A stretch of 54,898 nucleotides of DNA from an uncultured Gemmatimonadaceae bacterium (GCA_964391035.1 CAYMLW010000001.1:1-54898); one strand, 5' to 3'. Counted from the stretch's first letter, positions 44,096 through 53,059 are shown. Numbers and translations are program-made. Notes: generated by a model from the letters alone, not told the origin.

Positions 44096-46236
44096 GACTC
44101 CGCCGCCTCCCCGGGACCCGGTTCCGCGCTCCCGAACCGCTCCGCCAGGCTCCGCATCGCTTCCGGGCCCCCGATCACCGTGAGACGGTCACCCTCGCGC
44201 AACAGCGTCGAGCCCTGAGGTACCAGTCCGTGACCTCGACGCCGGATCAGGGCGACCAGGGTGTTGGGCGGCAGGCTCAGCTCGGCGACGGTCCTGCCGA
44301 TCCACTCGGCTGCGGGACTCCCGGCACCGAGGTGGAGGGACAGGGACCGCTCCTCTCGCAGCAGCGTCAGCTTCAGCTCCTGCTCGTTTCGGGCCGCGAG
44401 CCACCGGGGGAGGAAGGCCTCCTCGTCCACGTGCGTGGCCAGGTGGCCGAGCAGACGGAGATGCTGCCCCGGCTCGTGCTCCGGGCTGACCAGGAAGAAG
44501 ACGGCATGGAGCACGGACTCCTCTTCAGGCTCACCCTCCTTGCGGTAGCGAACACCCTCGGCCGACCGCGCCAGGAGCAGCTCCGGGTGTTGCAGGCCCG
44601 CGACCCGAAGGTGCGGCATCGCCGCGCCCCGGGCCATGGGGACGAAGCCGACCCGCAGCTCGTCGAGGAACCCCTCGAGGAGGATGTTCATGGGCACCCC
44701 TGTTCGCTCGGACAGCCGTGAGGAGGCCAGTCCGATCACCGCCGCCAGGTTCACCGACTCGATCTCGATCACGTCCGCCCTCGCCACCACCTCGTCGAAG
44801 GGGTCCTCCTCCCGGAGTCCCTTCTCCTTGACGATTCCCCGCAGCTCGAGATCGAGGCCGGCGTACTGCGCTTCGCCCCAACGTGCGAAGGTGTGGAAGA
44901 TCGCCCCCGCCCGTTCGACCCGCGGCCGGGCGTAGTAGAAGTACCATCCGGTGGTGAGGGCGACGAGACCGAGGCTGAACAGTATGGCCAGGTCGCCCAT
45001 CTCGCCTATGAGCCAGAACGGCGTGAGCCCGCCCAGGATCTGCATCCAGGGGTAGAGCGGGGAGCGGAAGCCGGGGTCGTACCCCGCGATCCGGCTCTCC
45101 CTCATGACGATCACCGCGAGGTTCAGGAAGGCGAACAACAGGAGCTGGAAGGCGCTCGCGAGCTTGGCGATCGCGGCGATGTCCAGCAGCAGGATCGACG
45201 CGATCATCAGCAGGCCGGTGGCCACGATCGCGACGACCGGCGTGTGGAACCGGCCCAGGCGGCCGAAGGGCTCGGCGACCAGCCGATCCCGCGCCATGGC
45301 CAGGGGATAGCGCGACGCGGACAGGATGCCCGCATTGCCCGTCGACGCGAACGCCGCGATGGCGGCCACGACGATGAGCAGCACGCCCGCGGAGCCGGGC
45401 AGCCAGTCGAAGAAGGCCTGTGCCGCCGTCGCCACCGGCGTCAGGTCTCCGCGGAGCGCGGACGGGTCCAGCACCGCAACGATGATGTAGACGCCGACCG
45501 TGTAGATCACGGCCGCGGTCAGCAGCGAAAGGGTCATCCCGAGGGGGATGTTCCGGTCCGGGTCCCGAACCTCTTCCGACACGCTGGCCACTTTCGTCAG
45601 CCCCGCGTAGGAAACGAAGACGAAGCCCACCGTGGCCATGAAGCCCTGGAACCCGAACGCGAAGAACGGCGTGAAGCGCTCGGCGGTGACGGTCGAGAAG
45701 CCCCGGGTCGCGACCTCCGCGAGCCCCTGCACGATGAAGAACGCCAGGATCGCGACGAGCGCCGTGACCAGGACCCGCTGGAGCCCGCTCGTCTCCTTCG
45801 CCCCCACGATGTTGACCACCATGAAGACCACGGTCAGCGCCACCGCGAGCGGCTTGATGGGGATATCCACGAAGATGGCGAGGTACGCCCCCATCCCCAC
45901 CAGGGCGAACGCGCTCTTCAGGACCAGCGCCAGCCACGTCCCCAGCCCCCCCACCGTGCCGACCATCGGCCCGAGGGCCCGGTCGAGGAAGTAGTAGGCG
46001 CCGCCGGCGCGGGGCATGGCGGTCGACAGCTCGGCCACGCTGAACATCGCCGGCAGGATGAACAGGCCGGCGACCAGATACGCCAGCGACACCGACGGCC
46101 CCGTCTGGGCCGCGGCGAGGCCGGGGAGCAGGAAGAAGCCGGAGCTGAACATGGCGCCGGTACTGATGGCGTAGACATCGAACAGCCCCAGCTCCTTCTT
46201 GAGCCGGGCGCCGGCGCCGCCAGTGGAATCAGGCAC
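44092..46236 (-). CDS. APC-superfamily amino acid permease with C-terminal PTS-EIIA(Ntr)-like and TrkA-C (RCK_C) regulatory domains
   Basis: Track ORF 44092..46236 (GTG start). About 12 TM helices (LFDVYAISTGAMFSSGFFLLPG...). The cytoplasmic tail contains ...AAMPHLRV...FFLVSP...HLRLLGHLA... (EIIA-like) and ...VAELSLPPNTLVALIRRRGHGLVPQGSTLLREGDRLTVIG (RCK_C). Confidence 0.85.
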   Translation of the reverse strand: MPDSTGGAGARLKKELGLFDVYAISTGAMFSSGFFLLPGLAAAQTGPSVSLAYLVAGLFILPAMFSVAELSTAMPRAGGAYYFLDRALGPMVGTVGGLGTWLALVLKSAFALVGMGAYLAIFVDIPIKPLAVALTVVFMVVNIVGAKETSGLQRVLVTALVAILAFFIVQGLAEVATRGFSTVTAERFTPFFAFGFQGFMATVGFVFVSYAGLTKVASVSEEVRDPDRNIPLGMTLSLLTAAVIYTVGVYIIVAVLDPSALRGDLTPVATAAQAFFDWLPGSAGVLLIVVAAIAAFASTGNAGILSASRYPLAMARDRLVAEPFGRLGRFHTPVVAIVATGLLMIASILLLDIAAIAKLASAFQLLLFAFLNLAVIVMRESRIAGYDPGFRSPLYPWMQILGGLTPFWLIGEMGDLAILFSLGLVALTTGWYFYYARPRVERAGAIFHTFARWGEAQYAGLDLELRGIVKEKGLREEDPFDEVVARADVIEIESVNLAAVIGLASSRLSERTGVPMNILLEGFLDELRVGFVPMARGAAMPHLRVAGLQHPELLLARSAEGVRYRKEGEPEEESVLHAVFFLVSPEHEPGQHLRLLGHLATHVDEEAFLPRWLAARNEQELKLTLLREERSLSLHLGAGSPAAEWIGRTVAELSLPPNTLVALIRRRGHGLVPQGSTLLREGDRLTVIGGPEAMRSLAERFGSAEPGPGEAAES

Positions 46237-46238
46237 GG

Positions 46239-46696
46239 TCAGAGCGCGCTACTCCTGTTTCGGGTTTCGAGCGGCGGCGAGGAGACCGGGTCCGGCGGCT
46301 TCCGCTCCAGCGGGTCGTGGATCACCGGGTCATGGGCCTCCACCGCCTTCGGCCAGGCGAGGGATGCCAGGACGGAGGCCGTGAGGACCGGCGCGATCAC
46401 GCCCAACGACAACCCGACCGGGACCTCGAATATATCTATCAACAGCATCTTGGCGCCCACGAACACGAGGACAACGCTGAGGCCCGGGTTCAGATGATGG
46501 AATCTGCGGACCACGCCGGCGAGGAGGAAGTATAGCGCCCGCAGTCCCAGGATGGCACCACGAACAGCGGCGTGGCGACCCGGCGCATCCGACCCGCCAC
46601 GTCCTCCCGCACGAACAACTTCTGGCCGTGGCATACGCTGGTCACGGGGATGAGCCCGCGGACCAAACGGATCACCGGGTTCGACTCGGGCTCCAT
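46239..46696 (-). pseudogene. TerC-family membrane protein remnant (N-terminus missing, internal out-of-frame deletion)
   Basis: One frame (track ORF 46490..47095) reads NPVIRLVRGLIPVTSVCHGQKLFVREDVAGRMRRVATPLFVV. At 46556 the homology jumps to another frame (track ORF 46239..46634): AILGLRALYFLLAGVVRRFHHLNPGLSVVLVFVGAKMLL... The conserved block normally between these two segments, and the N-terminal TM helices, are absent. Confidence 0.7.
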
Positions 46697-46800
46697 GGCG
46701 TGCGGGCTACCGGGGCACCAACCCCGCCGGGCTACCGGGGCACGGGCCCCGCCGCTATCCTCCGTGGCCGGTCGTGGAGATCCGACGAAAGGAGCGAGGC

Positions 46801-47022
46801 GTGAGCAGGACGGGATGGGTGACGGCGCTGGTGCTGGCCGCGACCGTCGTGGTCGTACTCGCCGCCCTCTTCTGGGAGGCCGCCTCGGGCCCGACATTCC
46901 GGGCGGAGGATTACGACTCGTACCGGGAGTGCATCCAGAACATTCCGGCGGGGTGGGGTCCCGGCAGTCCTCAGCGGGATGGCGCCGAGGATGCCTGCAT
47001 GTACGTCCACGCCCGGCGATAG
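46801..47022 (+). CDS. Small membrane-anchored protein, unknown function (73 aa)
   Basis: In-frame GTG 46801 within track ORF 46774..47022, preceded by AAAGGAG. One TM helix (WVTALVLAATVVVVLAALFW), then a short domain with 2 Cys. Confidence 0.45.
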   Translation: MSRTGWVTALVLAATVVVVLAALFWEAASGPTFRAEDYDSYRECIQNIPAGWGPGSPQRDGAEDACMYVHARR

Positions 47023-47096
47023 AACGCGCAGGGCGCACGGCGATCGCGAACCACCCGAGGTTCGGGCGGCGAGACCGCCGGACGGATCGGGGCACC

Positions 47097-49799
47097 TCAG
47101 TTCGGGACCCGCGCCTTCAGCTCCTCGAACCAGTTCAGCACGAGGATCAGCTCCTCGGTCTCCGCCTGCTCGCGGCGGAGCATCACGAACCGCGCGTCGT
47201 CGGGCATGATGTCGTACAGCGTGTAATCCGCGTTCTGTGGAATCATGAATTCGGAGCCAATGGCGAAGAGGCTCTCACGATCCCGGACCGCGAAGGAGGG
47301 CGTCGTGGAGACCCGGACCTCCACCATCTCCCTGGCGGCATTCACGTAGAAGATCCGACTCCCGTCCCGGGACCACAGCGGCATGGCGCCCCCGCCGACG
47401 GACACCGCCCACTTGCCCGCGCCGACCTCCGGGAAGGGTCGTACGTAGATCTCGTTCCGGCCGGTTTCGTCCGACTCGTACACCAGCCAGCGTCCGTCGG
47501 GGGACAGCATCACGGCCTTCTCGTCGAACCCGGTGGCGATCAGCGGTGTCGGCCCGGAGTCCACCCCCGGACGGATCCCGATGACGTCCTTGCCGCCAGG
47601 CTTGCCGTCGACGCTCACGCCCCTGCCGACCCGAGCGATCAGCCATTCGCCGGTCCCGGAGAGGGCGCCCTCCATGATCGGCCTCTCGTGGCGCAGCAGG
47701 AGCTCCGCGCTTCCGGTCCCGTCTGCGTTGCGGGCGTAGAGCGCGCCCGGCCCCCACCGGAAGGAGACGTAGCTGACTCGCCCGTCCCGGGCCCAGCGCG
47801 GCCGCGTTTCCTGATTGGCGCCAAAGGTGAGGCGCGTCAGGGCCCCCCGGGGAAGCTCCTTGATCCAGATGTCCTCGTGGACGTCGCCCATGATGCTGAC
47901 GGCCAGCCGCGTCCCGTCCGGAGAGACCGAGAAGCCGGGGTCTCGGCCCGGGTCGTATCCCCATGCGGGATCGATGGGAGTCGCCGCGCCGCCGCGATCG
48001 ACCCAGACCGGCTGGAATCGCCTCGAACTCACCTCGGTGGTGTAGACGAGGGTGCCGTTCTCGGAGAGGGTCAGCGAAGAGTAGTATTCTTTGAACACGA
48101 GGCCCCAAACGAGGGGCACGGCGGGGCCGGTCACCACCATCTCCTCGGCGTCGAACGGGACGGCGGTGAGCACACCGGCGGGAGTCATGTACACCAGGTG
48201 GCCCGTGCGCGTGTGGTGGGGCCGTACGCCGCCGGAGACCACCGTCGTGACTTCACGGCTCGCCAGGTCCACCGCCCGGATCTGCGGCACATCTCCAACA
48301 TTCACCACGAAGAGGACGGCGTCGCCCTCCTCGACGAACCACGGATTGTAGTGGGGGGTGTCCTCGCCTTCCTGCCGCTCCGTGATCCGCTGCACCGACC
48401 CGCCTCCTGGCGAGATCCGGCTGATGCCCCCGGTCTCCGCGTCCATGAAGTACACGTATCCGTCCGCGCCCCAGCGAGGATAGCCCCGGATCGGCTCGTG
48501 CAGCAGCCGGGGCACGCCGCCGTCGAGGGACGTGACCATCAACCGGTCCTGGCGGCTCGCCACCAACCCTGACTGGTTCCTGCCGCCCCGGTCCATGTAC
48601 GAGATCTCCCGACCGTCGGGCGAGAACGAACCGTGGACACCGCCTGTGGTGCCCGGAAGGGGCGAGGCGTTCGACTCGCTCCACCGCCGGACCCAGAGCT
48701 GGTGGGTCCCCACCTCGCTCGGCCCTTCGTACACCAGCGCCGAGCCGTCCCTCGACAGAGCGATGGTCCCGAGGCCGCCGGTCCTGGGCTCCGGGAGCAC
48801 GATCGACACCCGGGTCGTCGGCGCCGGAGGAGGGGCACGAGTGAGCGCCCATGCCGAGACCAGGGCTAGCGCCAGGGCGGCGAGTCCGACGGCGAGGGTG
48901 CCGGCCCGCCATCGCCGGTGTGTGGCAATCGGCACGCCCGCCGCCTCGCCATACCGGAACGACGGATCGGTCAACGCCTTCGCGAAGTCCGCGGCCCTAT
49001 CGAATCGGTCCGCGGGCAGCCGCTCGAGCGCCTTCCGCAGAGCAGCGTCCACGTGCGCGGGAACGGATTTCCGGGCGGCCGCGGCGGAGACCGACCCTCC
49101 CTGGAGCAGCCGGGCAAGTCGTGCCTGGGCCGTCGTGCCCGCGTACGGCGGTTCCCCCACGAGCAGCTCGTAGAGGACACACGCCAGCGAGAAGACGTCG
49201 CTGGACGGGCCGACGGGGTGGTCGCCGGTGACCTGCTCCGGTGACATGTACCGGGGCGTCCCGACGCTCAGTCCGGTCTCCGTCAGCCGGCTCTCCGCTG
49301 CGCCTCCGACGGCGAGGGCGATTCCGAAGTCGGCGACGAGCGGCTCGCCACGGCTGAGGAGGATGTTGGCCGGCTTGATGTCGCGGTGAACGACCCCCGC
49401 ATCGTGGGCGGTCTGGAGCGCGTCGGCCACGCCGGCCGCGATGCGCAGCACGTCCTCGACCGGGAGCTGTCCCTCCCGAGCGATCCGCTCCTGCAGCGTC
49501 TCGCCGTCCACGTACGGCATGACGTAGAAGAGCGAGCCGTCGGCTTCGCCGGAATCGAAGAGGGGGAGGATGTGCGGGTGCTGGAGCTTGCCCGTGGTCC
49601 GGATCTCCGCGAGGAACCGCTCCGCCCCCAGCAGCGCCGCGACCTCGGGCTTGAGGACCTTCAATGCGACGGCGCGATCGTGTCGCTGGTCGTGGGCCAT
49701 ATAGACCGTCGCCATGCCGCCCTCACCGAGCTGTCGCTCGATCCGGTACCGGCCTTCCAGAGTCCGGTTCAACCGAAGGATGGGAGCGGAGTGATCCAT
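47097..49799 (-). CDS. Ser/Thr protein kinase with a TM segment and a C-terminal TolB-like beta-propeller region
   Basis: Track ORF 47097..49799. Kinase motifs GEGGMATVY, AVALK, HRDIKPANILL, DFGIA, GTPRYMSPE. TM helix GTLAVGLAALALALVSAWAL. Repeated ...SPDG(R/T)..(V/L)(A/Y)... propeller blades. Confidence 0.9.
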   Translation of the reverse strand: MDHSAPILRLNRTLEGRYRIERQLGEGGMATVYMAHDQRHDRAVALKVLKPEVAALLGAERFLAEIRTTGKLQHPHILPLFDSGEADGSLFYVMPYVDGETLQERIAREGQLPVEDVLRIAAGVADALQTAHDAGVVHRDIKPANILLSRGEPLVADFGIALAVGGAAESRLTETGLSVGTPRYMSPEQVTGDHPVGPSSDVFSLACVLYELLVGEPPYAGTTAQARLARLLQGGSVSAAAARKSVPAHVDAALRKALERLPADRFDRAADFAKALTDPSFRYGEAAGVPIATHRRWRAGTLAVGLAALALALVSAWALTRAPPPAPTTRVSIVLPEPRTGGLGTIALSRDGSALVYEGPSEVGTHQLWVRRWSESNASPLPGTTGGVHGSFSPDGREISYMDRGGRNQSGLVASRQDRLMVTSLDGGVPRLLHEPIRGYPRWGADGYVYFMDAETGGISRISPGGGSVQRITERQEGEDTPHYNPWFVEEGDAVLFVVNVGDVPQIRAVDLASREVTTVVSGGVRPHHTRTGHLVYMTPAGVLTAVPFDAEEMVVTGPAVPLVWGLVFKEYYSSLTLSENGTLVYTTEVSSRRFQPVWVDRGGAATPIDPAWGYDPGRDPGFSVSPDGTRLAVSIMGDVHEDIWIKELPRGALTRLTFGANQETRPRWARDGRVSYVSFRWGPGALYARNADGTGSAELLLRHERPIMEGALSGTGEWLIARVGRGVSVDGKPGGKDVIGIRPGVDSGPTPLIATGFDEKAVMLSPDGRWLVYESDETGRNEIYVRPFPEVGAGKWAVSVGGGAMPLWSRDGSRIFYVNAAREMVEVRVSTTPSFAVRDRESLFAIGSEFMIPQNADYTLYDIMPDDARFVMLRREQAETEELILVLNWFEELKARVPN

Positions 49800-50014
49800 G
49801 CCGGAAGATAGCCCCTCATGCCGGGAAAACCGCCGGTCTCGTCGTGGCGAAACCCCCGGGGCCCGCCGTCACGGAGCGGCGACGTGCGTTCGACCCCACC
49901 GTCCCTGACCTCGTGTATCCGCTCCCGGCCACCTTCGGGGCCCGGCACGCGCGCTACGCTCCGTCGTCCGCGGCCGGGTCGGGTGAACCGTCGGGCGCGG
50001 CATCAGCAGATGGA

Positions 50015-50311
50015 TCAGGCGCGATCGCCGCCCGCTACTGTGAGCGGCTCGCCGCCCGGCGGCGGGACCCGGATGTTGGCCGCGGCCGCGAAGAAGGGCG
50101 CCTTTCGCCCGTCGTCCATCGCCAGCTCGAGCAGGCGGCCGCCCGAGCCGGTCCTGCCCAGGAGACGCACCACGACGGCCGTCCCCTCGTTCGTGTAGAC
50201 CCGCTCACCGGGCGAGGGCAGCCTCTCCGCCCCGCTCACCGATCCCGGGAACCTGTCCGGGTCGACGCGCAGCGCGCGCAGACCACGCGGCACATCGGTC
50301 TCGTCCTGCAT
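50015..50311 (-). CDS. Hypothetical protein (98 aa)
   Basis: Tail of track ORF 50015..51133 from ATG 50311, preceded by GGGAGGG. GC3 is about 90% over the whole ORF. No recognisable family. Confidence 0.55.
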   Translation of the reverse strand: MQDETDVPRGLRALRVDPDRFPGSVSGAERLPSPGERVYTNEGTAVVVRLLGRTGSGGRLLELAMDDGRKAPFFAAAANIRVPPPGGEPLTVAGGDRA

Positions 50312-50406
50312 CTCCAGCCCTCCCGGGACATGGCGTCCCGCTCTGCAGGGTCGGTCCGAGCCGGTCGAACCGGAAAGCCGGCCGGGCCTAAGCCCGGTGG
50401 CCCGGC

Positions 50407-50586
50407 TCAGCGGCCCTCCGTGTGCATCCGTTTCCTCACCGGATCGAAATGGACACCGCGCATCCGCTTCACACCGCCCTCGGTCTGCTTGTAGACCGTC
50501 TTGCGATCCCGGGCGGACGTTTCCTTGTCCGACCAGAAGTATGGCGACGGGTTGCCATCCGGCCTGTTGATCCTGACCTTGGCCAT
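50407..50586 (-). CDS. Small basic protein (59 aa), below the ORF-track length cut-off
   Basis: Read by hand: ATG 50586 (GGAG 7 nt upstream) to TGA 50407-50409. Translation MAKVRINRPDGNPSPYFWSDKETSARDRKTVYKQTEGGVKRMRGVHFDPVRKRMHTEGR. GC3 is about 85%. Confidence 0.5.
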   Translation of the reverse strand: MAKVRINRPDGNPSPYFWSDKETSARDRKTVYKQTEGGVKRMRGVHFDPVRKRMHTEGR

Positions 50587-50702
50587 GGGACTGCTCCAGT
50601 TCTGCGAGAGGGACTCGAACCACGGGAGGCGTTCGAAGGAGTGAGGACTCTACTACACTGCGCGAGGCCGTTGGATCCCGCGGCCCCTCCCAACCGGTTT
50701 CA

Positions 50703-50907
50703 ATGGCGGACCCCAGCCATCGGACCGGATCACTTCCGCTCGATCTTCGCCGACTCGCAAGACGCCATCCTGCTCCTGGACGTGGAGCGGGACCGTATCG
50801 TGGAAGCGAACCCCCGGGCGGCCCACATGTCTGCAGCGGGAGAACCGGTCGAACGGCTGAAGCGGCGGTCGGGAACCTTCCGCGTCGTTGTCCGGTTGGG
50901 GCCGTGA
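50703..50907 (+). pseudogene. N-terminal PAS-domain remnant of a sensor kinase gene
   Basis: In the frame of track ORF 50422..50907, codons from 50728 read DHFRSIFADSQDAILLLDVERDRIVEANPRAAHM, a typical PAS start. Similarity is then lost and the frame stops at 50907. The only nearby ATG (50703) is in a different frame. Confidence 0.5.
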
Positions 50908-51003
50908 CGACCACCGGAGATCCGAGGACCAACGTATCGCTGGCACCGTGGGACCCACGAAACGAACGACTCCGACGAGCCGCATCGTCCCGGATACGAT
51001 CCC

Positions 51004-51708
51004 ATGAGCCGTGAGGCCATGTGGGACAGAGTCCGGATGGCGTGGTCGATGCTCTCCGGGCAAACGGATCGGGACGTTCGACCCGGTCGGCCACGGGAAT
51101 CGCGGCCGCAGCAGGAACCCGGTGCCGATACATCCGCCATTACGGCCGAGGGGTTCGCCGAGGAGGCGCTGCCTTGGCTCGACGCCGTCTACCGCTTCGC
51201 CATGCGCCTGACCCGCGGGGACGAGGACGCCGCCGAGGACCTGGTGCAGGAGACGTTTCTCCGGGCCCACCGCTTCTGGCACACCTATGAGCGCGGCACG
51301 AACGCCAAGTCGTGGCTCTTCACCATCTGCCGGAACACGTTCCTCCACAGGAAGGCGCTGGTGCGCAACCAGCGGGAGACGCCGGCGTCGGAGCTGGCGG
51401 ACGCGCGGGTCGAAGCGCTGGGCGCCGGGTCGGCGTTCGCGGCGCAGTCGTCGGACCCGGAGGAGGAGTTCTTCGCGAAGCTGATCGACGATCAGGTGGT
51501 GGAGGCGATCGACGCGCTGCCGGAGGAATTCCACGAGGTGCTGGTGCTCAGCGACCTCGGCGACCTGAAGTACGCCGAGATCGCGCAGGTACTGGATGTA
51601 CCGGTCGGGACGGTGAAGAGCCGCCTCTTCCGGGCGAGAAAGCTGCTGCAGGGCCGGCTGCGCGAGTTCGCGGTCGAGTCCGGCTATGTACCGGAGATCA
51701 CGCGATAA
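51004..51708 (+). CDS. ECF (group 4) RNA polymerase sigma factor, copy B
   Basis: Track ORF 51004..51708. Collinear with copy A (DLVQETFLRAHRFWHTYERGTNAKSWLFTICRN...LPEEFHEVLVLSDLGDLKYAEIAQVLDVPVGTVKSRLFRAR). Confidence 0.9.
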   Translation: MSREAMWDRVRMAWSMLSGQTDRDVRPGRPRESRPQQEPGADTSAITAEGFAEEALPWLDAVYRFAMRLTRGDEDAAEDLVQETFLRAHRFWHTYERGTNAKSWLFTICRNTFLHRKALVRNQRETPASELADARVEALGAGSAFAAQSSDPEEEFFAKLIDDQVVEAIDALPEEFHEVLVLSDLGDLKYAEIAQVLDVPVGTVKSRLFRARKLLQGRLREFAVESGYVPEITR

Positions 51709-51974
51709 TGGAGTCCATGGGCATGATCCGCTGCGAGGAGGCGCTCGCCCGCCTCTGGGAGTTCCTGGACGGCGAGCTTCAGCCCGGGGAAGAGGAAGCT
51801 GTGAAGAAGCACCTCGACATCTGCAACCGCTGCTACCCGCAGTACGACTTCCAGCGGGCGTACTTCGAGTTCACGCGCCGGATCCAGGACCGGGAGCACG
51901 CCCCCTCGTCGCTCCGGCGTCGCCTGTTCGAGAGGATCCTGGAGCAGGAGGCGAACAACGGGAAGGCGTCATGA
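51708..51974 (+). CDS. RsrA-like zinc-binding (ZAS) anti-sigma factor, 88 aa, copy B
   Basis: TAATG overlap with the sigma stop. Cys9 ... HLDICNRC. Near-identical to copy A over most of its length. Confidence 0.85.
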   Translation: MESMGMIRCEEALARLWEFLDGELQPGEEEAVKKHLDICNRCYPQYDFQRAYFEFTRRIQDREHAPSSLRRRLFERILEQEANNGKAS

Positions 51975-53059
51975 CACGCACCGTGCTGCTGGCCATCTCG
52001 CTCCTGCTGGCGTCGGGGCACCTTGCCGCCCAGGAGGAGTGGAGGACCGACTTCTCCAAACACACGGTCCCGCTGGATGAGATCGTTCCCGGCGGGCCCC
52101 CGAAGGACGGGATCCCGGCCATCGACGATCCCCGGTTCGTTTCGGTTCGCGCGGCCGACCGGTGGCTCGAGGACCGGGAGCCGGTGATGGTGGTGGAGCA
52201 CGGTGGCGACGCGCGAGCGTACCCGTACCAGATCCTCATCTGGCATGAGATCGTGAACGATGTAGTGGGCGGCCGACCCCTCGTCGTCACGTTCTGCCCG
52301 CTCTGCAACATCGCCCTCGTCTTCGACCGCGTCCACAGGGGGCGAACCCTCGATTTCGGCACGACCGGCCGGCTCCGCCACTCGGACCTGGTCATGTACG
52401 ACCGGCAGACCGAGAGCTGGTGGCAGCAGGCGACGGGCGAGGCCATCGTCGGTGACTTCGCCGGCGATACCCTGTCGTTCCTCCCCGCGCAGACGCTCCG
52501 CTGGGCCGACTTCAGGAAGACACATCCGGAGGGCCAGGTCCTGTCCCGGGAGACCGGGCACGACCGCCCCTACGGCCGGAACCCGTACGTCGGATACGAC
52601 CAGGGCGACGGCCCGCTCCGCGGCTTCCTCTCCCGTGAGGTGGATCAGCGCCTCCCGGCCATGGAGCGAGTGGCGGCGGTTCGGCTGGATGGCGCTTCCG
52701 TGGCGTACCCGTTCAGCGCGCTGAGCGAGCGGCGCGTGATCAACGATGAGATCGGGGACGAGGCGTTGGTCGTCTTCTGGGCACCCGGCACGGCCAGCGC
52801 ACTGGACGAGATCACGGTGGCCGGTGGACGCGACGTCGGCACGAGCGGCGTCTTCCGTCGCTCCGTCGAGGGCCGGGTCCTCACCTTCACCGCTGACGAG
52901 GAGGGCTACCGGGACCGGGAGACCGGGAGCGCCTGGGACCTCACCGGACGCGCCGTCTCCGGTCCGCTCCGGGGCACGCGACTCGAGGCCATCCCCCACG
53001 GCGACTACTTCTGGTTCGCCTGGGCGGCCTTCCGGCCGGACACCGAGATCCGCCGCTGA
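51971..53059 (+). CDS. DUF3179-domain periplasmic protein
   Basis: ATGA overlap with the anti-sigma stop, within track ORF 51686..53059. Signal peptide, then ...IVPGGPPKDGIPAIDDPRF...ARAYPYQILIWHEIVND...VTFCPLCN...WWQQATGEAI... typical of DUF3179. Confidence 0.85.
   Translation: MTRTVLLAISLLLASGHLAAQEEWRTDFSKHTVPLDEIVPGGPPKDGIPAIDDPRFVSVRAADRWLEDREPVMVVEHGGDARAYPYQILIWHEIVNDVVGGRPLVVTFCPLCNIALVFDRVHRGRTLDFGTTGRLRHSDLVMYDRQTESWWQQATGEAIVGDFAGDTLSFLPAQTLRWADFRKTHPEGQVLSRETGHDRPYGRNPYVGYDQGDGPLRGFLSREVDQRLPAMERVAAVRLDGASVAYPFSALSERRVINDEIGDEALVVFWAPGTASALDEITVAGGRDVGTSGVFRRSVEGRVLTFTADEEGYRDRETGSAWDLTGRAVSGPLRGTRLEAIPHGDYFWFAWAAFRPDTEIRR

Larger units (their letters stand above)
51004..51974 (+). 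repeat. Dispersed duplicate, copy B (sigma + anti-sigma module)
   Basis: See copy A (22586-23547). Same gene order and the same overlapping stop/start architecture. Confidence 0.8.

Noticed and set aside
50601-50680. tRNA-like element on the minus strand: GGTTCGAGTCC T-loop consensus (plus-strand ggactcgaacc at 50611-50621), also considered as a possible tRNA-Sec given the nearby in-frame TGA.
   Set aside because: The bases flanking the T-loop (CGTGG / CCCTC) cannot form a T-stem. No 7-bp acceptor stem can be drawn. No anticodon loop with U33 followed by UCA exists, and the only TTCGAA loop has no stem. It is not a functional tRNA; at most it is a decayed fragment or a chance match.
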